The position numbers were made by a program, and so were the translations under genes. 32,000 bases of DNA from Candidatus Electronema aureum (GTDB lineage Bacteria; Desulfobacterota; Desulfobulbia; Desulfobulbales; Desulfobulbaceae): assembly GCA_004284765.1 (NCBI GenBank), contig NQJD01000002.1, positions 187,202 through 219,201 of the forward strand. Reading direction: 5' to 3'. Every line of letters begins with the position of its first letter. Position 1 is the stretch's first letter. Shown piece after piece: positions 9,245 through 17,200 of the stretch. The notes beneath the pieces are model-generated. The model made no database searches. It saw only the letters and a program-made list of their open reading frames with translations, and was not told where the DNA came from.

Positions 9245-10709
9245 TCCGCAGCTCAATTGTGCGCCGGAGAACATCCATCACATTCATCTGATGGGCATCT
9301 GCGGCACGGCGATGGCCGCCTTGGCCGGAATGCTCAAGGAAAGCGGCTACGTGGTCAGCGGCTCAGATCAGAACGTGTATCCACCGATGTCGGATTTCCT
9401 CGCGCAGGCTGGCATTGCGGTCATGCAGGGCTACAAGCCGGAGAATATGGAGCCGCGCCCGGATTTGGTCATCGTCGGCAACGTCATCCGGGCCATTTAC
9501 CCGGAAGCCGAGCGGCTGGCCGAGCTGCGCATTCCTTACCTGTCCATGCCCCAAGCACTTGGGCATTTTTTCCTGCGCAGCGCAATCAAGCCGTTAGTGG
9601 TGGCGGGAACGCACGGCAAAACAACGACTTCCTCGCTCTTGGCCACGGTTCTGCACCGCGCCGACCGCTCGCCCGGCTTTTTCATCGGCGGGATTGTCGA
9701 GGCATTTGGCAGCAATTACCGCATCGGCACCGGCGACTGTTTCGTGATCGAAGGCGACGAATACGACACCGCCTTTTTCAACAAAGTTTCCAAATTTCTG
9801 CACTACCGGCCTTTCTGCGCCATTGTCACGTCAATTGAGTTCGATCACGCCGACATTTTCGCCGATCTGGAGCAGATCAAGGCTTCGTTCCGCCAGTTTG
9901 TCCGTTTGATTCCGAATGAAGGCGCGTTGGTCGCCTGCATGGATGATCCAGTTGTGGTGGAAATTGCCGCGCTTTGTCCCGGCCAAATAATCAGCTACGG
10001 CACAGGTGCAAACTGCCGCTGGCAGCTCAGGGATTTTGCCGCAAATGGGCTTGGCTCGACCTTTGCCGCTTGGAAAGACGGCAGCCTGTTCGGCGCATTC
10101 AGCCTGCCCATGCCGGGCAAGCACAACGCGCTCAACGCCTTGGCCGTGATTGCCTTGCTGGAGCATCTTGGCCTCAGCCGCGAGGAAATACGGCGCGGGC
10201 TGGCTTCTTTTGAGGGCGTGAAGCGACGGCAGCAGGTGCGCGGCGAGGTCAACGGCATCACGGTGATTGACGATTTTGCTCATCATCCCACCGCAGTGCG
10301 CGAGACGATCAGCGCGTTGCGGCTGGCTTGGCCGGAACGCCGCCTGCTGGTCGTCTTTGAGCCGCGCACCAACACCAGCCGCCGGGCGGTGTTTCAGCGG
10401 GATTACGAAACCGCCTTTGCGGGCGCAGACATGGTGGTGGTGCGTGAGATTCTGCCGCTTGACCACGCCGCGCCGGGCGACAGCTTTTCCTCGCGGCAGC
10501 TGACTGCGGCTCTGAACGGCCAAGGCATTCCGGCGGAGTATTTCCCGAACACCGATGCCATTCTTGCTTTTCTACTCAAGCAGGCTCGGCCCGGCGATGT
10601 GATCGCCATTCTTTCCAACGGCGGATTTGACAACATTCATGCGCGGCTGCTGGAAGGGCTGCGCCTTGTCGGCCTGACCGCAAAGTCTGGCGGCAACTCT
10701 GCGCCGTAA
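9228..10709 (+). CDS. mpl: UDP-N-acetylmuramate:L-alanyl-gamma-D-glutamyl-meso-diaminopimelate ligase
   Basis: Mur-ligase architecture: IHLMGICGTAMAALAGML N-terminal fold, P-loop GTHGKTTTSSLLA, and a C-terminal ...IAILSNGGFDNIHARLL typical of Mpl. Confidence 0.9.
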   Translation: MTAQLDPQLNCAPENIHHIHLMGICGTAMAALAGMLKESGYVVSGSDQNVYPPMSDFLAQAGIAVMQGYKPENMEPRPDLVIVGNVIRAIYPEAERLAELRIPYLSMPQALGHFFLRSAIKPLVVAGTHGKTTTSSLLATVLHRADRSPGFFIGGIVEAFGSNYRIGTGDCFVIEGDEYDTAFFNKVSKFLHYRPFCAIVTSIEFDHADIFADLEQIKASFRQFVRLIPNEGALVACMDDPVVVEIAALCPGQIISYGTGANCRWQLRDFAANGLGSTFAAWKDGSLFGAFSLPMPGKHNALNALAVIALLEHLGLSREEIRRGLASFEGVKRRQQVRGEVNGITVIDDFAHHPTAVRETISALRLAWPERRLLVVFEPRTNTSRRAVFQRDYETAFAGADMVVVREILPLDHAAPGDSFSSRQLTAALNGQGIPAEYFPNTDAILAFLLKQARPGDVIAILSNGGFDNIHARLLEGLRLVGLTAKSGGNSAP

Positions 10710-10778
10710 AGAAAAAATTTCAACCACTGCCCCCGAATCAATCTGGCAGATCAACTCATATTTGCGGCAGATGAAATT

Positions 10779-10898
10779 TAATAGGACTTACGCAGTTGAA
10801 ACGAGAAATTCAACTATTACAGCAAGTTGTCTTTTTGCCGCATAAATCGCCAGTTGAATAAAATCAACAAGTTGGCAATGGAACTGCGTAACTCCTAT
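10779..10898. repeat. 120-bp element, copy A (MITE-like, 17-bp terminal inverted repeats)
   Basis: Base-for-base identical to 11020-11139. Ends ATAGGACTTACGCAGTT / AACTGCGTAACTCCTAT pair 16/17. Internal hairpins GTTGAA-N8-TTCAAC and GTTGA-N6-TCAAC. Confidence 0.95.
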
Positions 10899-11019
10899 TT
10901 AATTTGCCTCGGACGCAATGTTGTTTGAGGCAAAACATATGTCGTCTGCCATAATTACAAAATTATTTTGGCGAGAAACATTTCGTTCGTTGTTTTCAAC
11001 TAAGAACAGCGGCTTTTTC

Positions 11020-11139
11020 TAATAGGACTTACGCAGTTGAAACGAGAAATTCAACTATTACAGCAAGTTGTCTTTTTGCCGCATAAATCGCCAGTTGAAT
11101 AAAATCAACAAGTTGGCAATGGAACTGCGTAACTCCTAT
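11020..11139. repeat. 120-bp element, copy B (identical to copy A)
   Basis: Checked character by character against 10779-10898: 120/120 identity, same orientation, 241-bp period. Flanks are unrelated. Confidence 0.95.
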
Positions 11140-11224
11140 CTAAGTAAAAATCGTGCCGTTTTAGTGAACAGGAGATAATTTTGTTCGGAGCAAAGAAGAA
11201 ATGAGCAGGCTGCTGCCTCTTGCG

Positions 11225-11362
11225 GCGGCAGCGTTTTTCTGGCACCGCTGCCATTTTTGCTTTTCTGCTGGCGCAGGCGAAATCATCGCCATTTTTTCAA
11301 ACGGCGATTTTGACAACATTCATGCAAGGTTACTGGATAAAATAACCATTCAAGAAAGATGA
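11225..11362 (+). pseudogene. diverged, frameshifted second copy of the mpl 3' end
   Basis: Nucleotide similarity to 10530-10653. It encodes IFAFLLAQA in one frame, then after a roughly 10-nt gap relative to mpl, GEIIAIFSNGDFDNIHARLLD in another (mpl has ILAFLLKQARPGDVIAILSNGGFDNIHARLLE). Its TGA (11360-11362) overlaps the ATG of the next gene. Confidence 0.7.
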
Positions 11363-13098
11363 ATATTTTTATATTTTCAATTTTTGTTTCTCTCGTTCTC
11401 TATTTAACACTTACGATCTCTTTTGCTGGGTACGGAAAAGCTATATATCTGATAATTAACGACAGATATAAAAAAGAAGTGAATCACCAAATATCCTTCT
11501 TGGTATGGACTGGATTTTGCTGTTTTATTTTCATTATGAGCATTATTCATCTATTCTTTTCTCTTGATTTATATGTAGTTGTCCCGACTCTTACTTTTGG
11601 AATCATCCTTTCAATAATATTTTTTATCAAAAACTTTAATTATTATTTACAAATTGTCTTGTCAGTACCAACTTGGTTGTTGGTTGTGATGTTTTTCGCA
11701 CTCTCCTTGGTCTCCACGTGGCTTGCATTACGCGCCATGTTACCTCCAACAAATTACGATTCTGGACTTTATCATTTCAACTCAATAAAATGGTTAAATT
11801 CTTTCCCAATAACATATGGGATTGGAAATTTACATGGAAGATTATCGTTTAATCAATCTTTTTTTGCATACGCAGCATCTCTTAATTTTTATCCATTATT
11901 TAATCACGGACGTTCTATAGCAAACAGCTTTCTTATTTTGCTATCTTTTGCAACCTTAGTTGAATTTAGTTTTCGATTAAGAAGTAAAGATAAATTTAAA
12001 AATTTAAATTTTGTTTTATCTATTTTTACAATCCCAGTACTTGCATACTGGTCACTCACATCAGACGGAATGCAGTCTCCTTCTCCTGATCTAACATCTA
12101 ATCTTATTCAAATAATAATTTTTTTCTATTTTGTAGAGTTTCTAAATACAGAAAAAAATTCAACAAAATCAATATACTTATTGTCTCTTCTGACTGCAAC
12201 AGCAATAACGATAAAATTAAGCAATTTATTATTTTGCATGTCAATTATTTTTTTATTATTTTTTATATCTTCTTTGCGTAAAAACTTTTCTGTTAAAGGG
12301 TATTTACTATCTACATTTATTATATTTGCAATATTGGCAGTCTGGTGTATTCGCGGATTTATTATGTCAGGAGCGCCTCTTTATCCTTCAACGATTGGCT
12401 ATATCAACGCAGAATGGTCTGTCCCTGTGGACGAAATAAATGAAATGGAAAAATGGGTTTACAGCTGGGCGCGACAGCCAAAAATGCACTGGAGTGTTGT
12501 GCTGGGAAACTGGAACTGGTTTACACCTTGGATTAATGTAATAACAACAAAAAGAAATATAGAAGTAGTTTTTCCATCTTTTGTTTTTTTATCGTTAACT
12601 ATAATTAATATAGTATTATATTTCAGATCGAAAAATATCTTTAGACTATATTTTCTATCTAAATTAACAATAATTATACCTCCAGCTATTGGGTTGTTGT
12701 TTTGGTTTTTTACTGCCCCTGATCCAAGATTTGCGCAGGGACTTTTTTTCTTACTGCCAATTTCTTCAGCTCTTTTTATGCTTTACTTGACAAGAGAACT
12801 GCTAAAACGTACCACTTATATAATAACTATATGCATTCTTTTTTTATTTTGTAGCTTTAACTTAATAAGGTTTATGGTAAACAACATGTCGACATTTAGA
12901 CAAATTTCAATGATTGGCTGGCAAAATATCAAAAATGTTGAGATAGAAAGAAAAATTACAAAACATGGTGTTGTTATATTTAAGCCCTTACACGGAGATC
13001 AGTGCTGGGACTCTCCTATTCCTTGTACTCCATACTTTAACGAAGAACTACGCATGAGAAACCACAAGGTAGTGTCATCAGGGTTTTCAATAAAATAA
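11359..13098 (+). CDS. AT-rich polytopic membrane protein, possibly a GT-C / O-antigen-polymerase-like glycan-processing enzyme (function uncertain)
   Basis: 579-aa uninterrupted ORF in sequence of about 30% GC (sampled lines) with more than 10 hydrophobic helices. A loop motif PPTNYDSGLYHFNSIKW...GNLHGRLSFNQS resembles polysaccharide polymerase/glycosyltransferase-type membrane proteins. Confidence 0.75.
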   Translation: MNIFIFSIFVSLVLYLTLTISFAGYGKAIYLIINDRYKKEVNHQISFLVWTGFCCFIFIMSIIHLFFSLDLYVVVPTLTFGIILSIIFFIKNFNYYLQIVLSVPTWLLVVMFFALSLVSTWLALRAMLPPTNYDSGLYHFNSIKWLNSFPITYGIGNLHGRLSFNQSFFAYAASLNFYPLFNHGRSIANSFLILLSFATLVEFSFRLRSKDKFKNLNFVLSIFTIPVLAYWSLTSDGMQSPSPDLTSNLIQIIIFFYFVEFLNTEKNSTKSIYLLSLLTATAITIKLSNLLFCMSIIFLLFFISSLRKNFSVKGYLLSTFIIFAILAVWCIRGFIMSGAPLYPSTIGYINAEWSVPVDEINEMEKWVYSWARQPKMHWSVVLGNWNWFTPWINVITTKRNIEVVFPSFVFLSLTIINIVLYFRSKNIFRLYFLSKLTIIIPPAIGLLFWFFTAPDPRFAQGLFFLLPISSALFMLYLTRELLKRTTYIITICILFLFCSFNLIRFMVNNMSTFRQISMIGWQNIKNVEIERKITKHGVVIFKPLHGDQCWDSPIPCTPYFNEELRMRNHKVVSSGFSIK

Positions 13099-13116
13099 CA
13101 AGATATTTTTTTATAA

Positions 13117-13221
13117 CAAGTAAGCAATATTTTGACTGTAAATTTTAACGGCATCAATCACCTTGCATTAGTGACTGGCGACATGGAGGCCACCATCCAC
13201 TTTTGGCGCGATCTACTATGA
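13117..13221 (+). pseudogene. N-terminal stub of a VOC/glyoxalase-family gene
   Basis: Short frame reads ...NFNGINHLALVTGDMEATIHFWRDLL then TGA. INHLALVT..D.E.T..FW.D.LG is the typical first beta-alpha unit of VOC proteins; the rest of the gene is absent. Confidence 0.5.
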
Positions 13222-13603
13222 ATGCGCCTGATAAAATATGTGTTTCTAACCAGTCGCTATTCAAGACAAGAAAAAATGTAAGGGACGTGGCACCGAGTCG
13301 TAGCTTTGGCGTGTCGGTTGGTTGCCCCTTGCGTCGGCCATTTTTTATTTGCAATTTTAGCGGCATTATGTCATAATTATGTCGTGCTTTTAAGCCGTTG
13401 TTTGTCAGTGTCAAAGACAAGCTGTCTCATCGTTTTTTCTGATATCTTTGACCCTTTCTGGGTCTGAATGTTCTTCCACAGTTATGGCAGATGGGCGATA
13501 AAGCCACCCGCTCTGCTTTCATTAAGTTCTTATGGCCTGCGTTCAGGGGGCTATCCGCCAACCTTTCCTGATTTTGTCGGCCTGAAACATTACGGAGAAG
13601 AAA

Positions 13604-14212
13604 ATGTCTGACTATCAACCGAAAATCTTGGGGTTTCTCTGCAACTGGTGCTGCTACACCGCCGCTGACTCCGCTGGCGTGGGCCGCTATCAGTATCCGC
13701 CCAACCTGCGGGTAATCCGCATGATGTGCACTGGCAGGCTCGATCCGTCGTTCCCGCTGGAAGGGCTGGCGAATGGGGCTGACGCAGTCTTTGTCGGCGG
13801 CTGTCATCCGGGCGAGTGCCACTATATCGACGGCAACTACCACGCTTTGGTCTCAGCCGCTTTGGTGCATGAGACCTTGGCGCGTCTGGGCATCAGCAAA
13901 GACCGCTTCCTGATTGATTGGGCCTCTGCTGCCGAAGGGCCGAATTTTGTCAAGATCATCACCAAGTTTACCCAACGGGCCGCCGAGCTGGGACCGCTGG
14001 GCAAGGCTGAAGGGTTGAACGAAGCCGAGCTGCGCAAGAAGCTGGTCGAGGCGGCAGAGGTCTCCCGCAATGCCAAGGTACGCACCGGCTTGATCAGTGC
14101 GAGCAAAGAGATGATGAAGAGCGGCGACTATTCCCGGCCCGCCATCGCTGCCTTGGTGGCGGCCAAGTGCGACAAAAACCTGACTGAACTCCTTGGAGGA
14201 CGACCTGTATGA
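13604..14212 (+). CDS. MvhD/FlpD-like hydrogenase iron-sulfur subunit family protein
   Basis: RBS GGAGAAG lies upstream. Motifs KILGFLCNWCCYTAAD, MCTGRLDP and FVGGCHPGECHY. The stop overlaps the next start (ATGA at 14209-14212). Confidence 0.85.
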   Translation: MSDYQPKILGFLCNWCCYTAADSAGVGRYQYPPNLRVIRMMCTGRLDPSFPLEGLANGADAVFVGGCHPGECHYIDGNYHALVSAALVHETLARLGISKDRFLIDWASAAEGPNFVKIITKFTQRAAELGPLGKAEGLNEAELRKKLVEAAEVSRNAKVRTGLISASKEMMKSGDYSRPAIAALVAAKCDKNLTELLGGRPV

Positions 14213-17200
14213 GCAAGACCGCAACCCTGACCATCAACGGCCAGCAGTTCAGCCTTGCCCCTGACCAGACCATTCTGGCAGCGGCAGATCAGGCGGGCAT
14301 CCGCATTCCTCGCCTCTGTCATCTGCCGGGCCACCGCGATGCCGACCAGCCCTGTCTGCTCTGCCTCGTCGAGGTGAACGGCAAGAGGGCGCGGGCCTGT
14401 CAGACCAAGATCGCTGACGGCATGGTGATCGAGACGGAGACCGCCGAGCTGATCGCCCACCGCAAGGAACGGCTGACTCAGCTCGCCGCTGTTCATTACG
14501 GCGACTGCAAGGCCCCCTGCAACCTGACTTGTCCCGGTTCGATCAACGTGCAGGGCTACATCGGCCTGATCGCCCAAGGCCAGCACAGCGCGGCCCTTCG
14601 CCTGATCAAGGAAGTGAACCCGCTGCCAGGCATCGTCTGCCGCGTTTGCCCGGCTTTCTGCGAGAGCCGCTGCCGTCGTTCGCTCTTGGATGACGCGATT
14701 GCCATCAACAATCTGAAGCGTTTCGCCTCAGACTACGCGGTGCAGCATCCGCTGCCGCAAGAGCCAGTTGCCCCAGCTACAGGCCGCAAGGCTGCTGTTA
14801 TCGGTGGCGGCCCAGCAGGTTTGAGCGCAGCGTGGTTCCTGCGCAAGCAGGGCCACAGTGTCACCATCTTTGAAGCAGCTGCGCAGCTCGGCGGCCTGCC
14901 GCGCACGGCCATGCCCGCCTACAAGATGCCCAAAGATGCGCTGGACCGGGAGATTGCCACTGTCCTCGCTTTAGGCGTGGAAGCGAAGACCGGCACAGCT
15001 TGGGGCAAGGATTTCTCGCTCGCTGATCTTCAGCAGCAGGGCTACGAGGCTATTTTCATCGCCGCTGGTTTGTCTGGCCGGAAGAAGCTGACTGTGCCCG
15101 GCTCTGAGCTGGCGCAGGATGGCATGGACTTCCTTGCTCAGGTCAATGCAGGAGCAGCGAAGCAGCTTTCCGGCAAGATACTGATCATCGGCGGCAGCAA
15201 GGCAGCAATTGAGTCGGCCCGCTGCGCTGTTCGCATGGGCGCAAGCGAAGTGACGGTAGTCTTTGACCGCCCGACTGAGGAAATGAGTGCCTACGAGAAG
15301 GACGTGTCCATGGCCATGCGGGAGAAAGTGCGCTTCCTGCCCATGACCGCGCCGCTCTCCATCCGGCAGGAGCAAGACGGTTTCGTGGTTGAGCTGACCA
15401 AAATGGTCTTCTTGGAAGCAGATCAGCGCGGCCAGCGGCAGACTGTGCCTGCGGACGGCTCGCTCCTGCGCTGGGAAGGCGCGGCAGTGTTGAGCTGCTT
15501 GGGCCAAGAAGGCGACGATGCCTTCCGCAGCTTCGGCGAGCTGGAAGGCAAGCTGGCGGTCAATCCCAACAAGACGATCAAAGTCAGCCCCTCCACCTTG
15601 CATACCAATCTGCCTGGCATCTACGCGGGCGGTGAGATTGCCAGCGGTGCCAAGGCGGTGATTCAGGCGGTGAACGCGGGCCGCAAGGCTGCTGAAGCTA
15701 TACACCGGCAGTTCGGCGGGACAGAGACCGAGCTGGCTGACGGCACCTTCAACTTCAGCAAGGGTAAGAAGTTTGATGACGTTGACCTGCGCAACTACAG
15801 CGGCATGACTGTCCAGCCGCGTCTGCGCCTGCCCGTGCGTCCGGTCGCTGACCGCAGCCGCGACTTCCGCGAGAGCGAGCTGGGCTACACCGAGGAAACA
15901 GCTGTGCGCGAGGCGCAACGCTGCCTGTCCTGCGGCTGCACCGGCCTGAGCAAGTGTGAGCTGCGCCCGCTCTGCCAGGAGCACAAAGTGCCGCTCTCTG
16001 CTGCCCCCAACAAGCAGCAGGCCGCGCCGGACAGCTCGCATCTCTTCATCACTGTTGATGTGAACCGCTGCACCGCCTGCCAACGCTGCGAGCGGGTCTG
16101 CGAGTTCGATGCCTTCGCGTTTTCCTGCGAGCGCGGCAAGGACGGCGGCATTGCCAGTATCAGCCTGAAGATCAAGGAAAACTGCGTCTCCTGCGGGGCC
16201 TGCGTGGATGCCTGCCCGACCGGCGCACTGACCAAGAAAGAGCTGGCTGTGCCGCTCCTGCCCGGCGAGGCGGAAAGCACCCGCAGCGTCTGCACCTACT
16301 GCGGCACCGGATGCAGCATTGACATTCAGGCCAAGCACGGTGCTATTCTGGAGGTCAAATCCTTTGCCGACGCGCCGCCTAATCAAGGTGACCTCTGCGT
16401 CAAAGGCCGCTTTGGCTGGGACTTCTACCGGCACAAAGAACGTCTGACCGTGCCGCTGATCCGCGAGAGCCTTGATCAACCTTTCCGCAAAGCCACATGG
16501 CCGGAGGCTCTGGCCTTTGCCGCTGCGGGCTTCAAGCGTATTCAAGAACAGCAAGGCCCGGCAGCGCTGGGCGTGCTCTCCTCCTCGCGCTGCGAGAACG
16601 AGGTGAACTACCTCGCTCAGAAGTTCTGCCGCACCGTCTTCCACAGCAACTCGGTGGACAACTGCGCCCGCGTCTGCCATGCGCCGTCAGTGAGCGGCCT
16701 GCGCATTGCTCTTGGCAGCGGCGCGGCGACCAACTCGCTCGCCGACATCGAAGGCGCGGAGGTGCTGCTGATCAGCGGATCCAACACCACTGAGGCGCAT
16801 CCGGTGGCGGGCATGAAGGTCAAACGCGCTCTTGGCAAGAAGGGAGCCAAGCTGATCGTCATTGATCCGCGCAAGACCGAGCTGGCAGCGCGGGCGGACA
16901 TCCATCTCCAGCTCATTCCCGGCACCAACGTTCTTCTGCTCAACTCCCTGCTCAGCGCCATCTTCGACGAAGGCTTGGAGGACAAGGACTTCATCGCCAA
17001 TCGGACGGAGAACAGCGAGGCAGTGCGCCAGCATCTCGCCGCGTATTCGCCTGAAGTGATGGAAGCGCAGAGCGGGGTTCCCGCCGCGCTGGTGCGGCAG
17101 GCGGCCCGGCTCTATTGCAGCACCAAAAAGGGCATGATCCTCTACGGTCTCGGCATGACCGAGCACCGCAACGGCACTCAAGGCGTAATGGGGCTGGCGA

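Noticed and set aside
9831-10523. 230-aa ORF antisense to mpl, and the 193-aa alternate-frame ORF at 9257-9838
   Set aside because: They overlap a confidently identified Mur-ligase gene and carry no motifs. They are GC-driven shadow ORFs.
10939-11022. 27-aa ORF (MSSAIITKLFWRETFRSLFSTKNSGFF) in the spacer between the two 120-bp elements
   Set aside because: It has no RBS and no motif, and its stop codon lies inside the repeat. It is most likely fortuitous.
10779-11139. CRISPR-like appearance: the element begins ...CGCAGTTGAAAC, reminiscent of CRISPR repeat 3' ends
   Set aside because: There are only two copies, the identical unit is 120 bp long, and each unit carries its own inverted copy of the terminus. 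No cas genes are present. This fits a MITE-like element or a local duplication, not an array.
13288-13304. TGGCAC hexamer as a possible -24 element
   Set aside because: The downstream sequence is CGAGTCGTAGC; the GC dinucleotide is two positions out of register and there is no TTGC.
13154-13420. 88-aa minus-strand ORF in the junk region after the AT-rich gene
   Set aside because: No RBS and no motifs, and it overlaps the VOC stub on the other strand. The region looks like decayed non-coding sequence.
13421-13603. Looked for a Moco riboswitch or sigma-54 promoter upstream of the MvhD-FDH operon
   Set aside because: I could not recognise the conserved Moco-motif elements as I remember them, nor a correctly spaced GG-N10-GC element. 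A covariance-model scan would be needed to exclude them properly.
13427-13843. 138-aa minus-strand ORF whose last 31 codons (from ATG 13522) read MKAERVALSPICHNCGRTFRPRKGQRYQKKR
   Set aside because: The upstream two thirds are antisense to the MvhD-like gene. The short 31-aa version has a single CxxC, no RBS and no recognisable family, so evidence is insufficient.
14971-16680. 569-aa ORF on the minus strand
   Set aside because: It lies entirely antisense to the motif-rich FDH fusion ORF. Its Ala/Arg/Gly/Leu-rich low-complexity translation is typical of open antisense frames in GC-rich genes. The same applies to 17215-18072 (-), 16687-17181 (-) and 17997-18431 (-).
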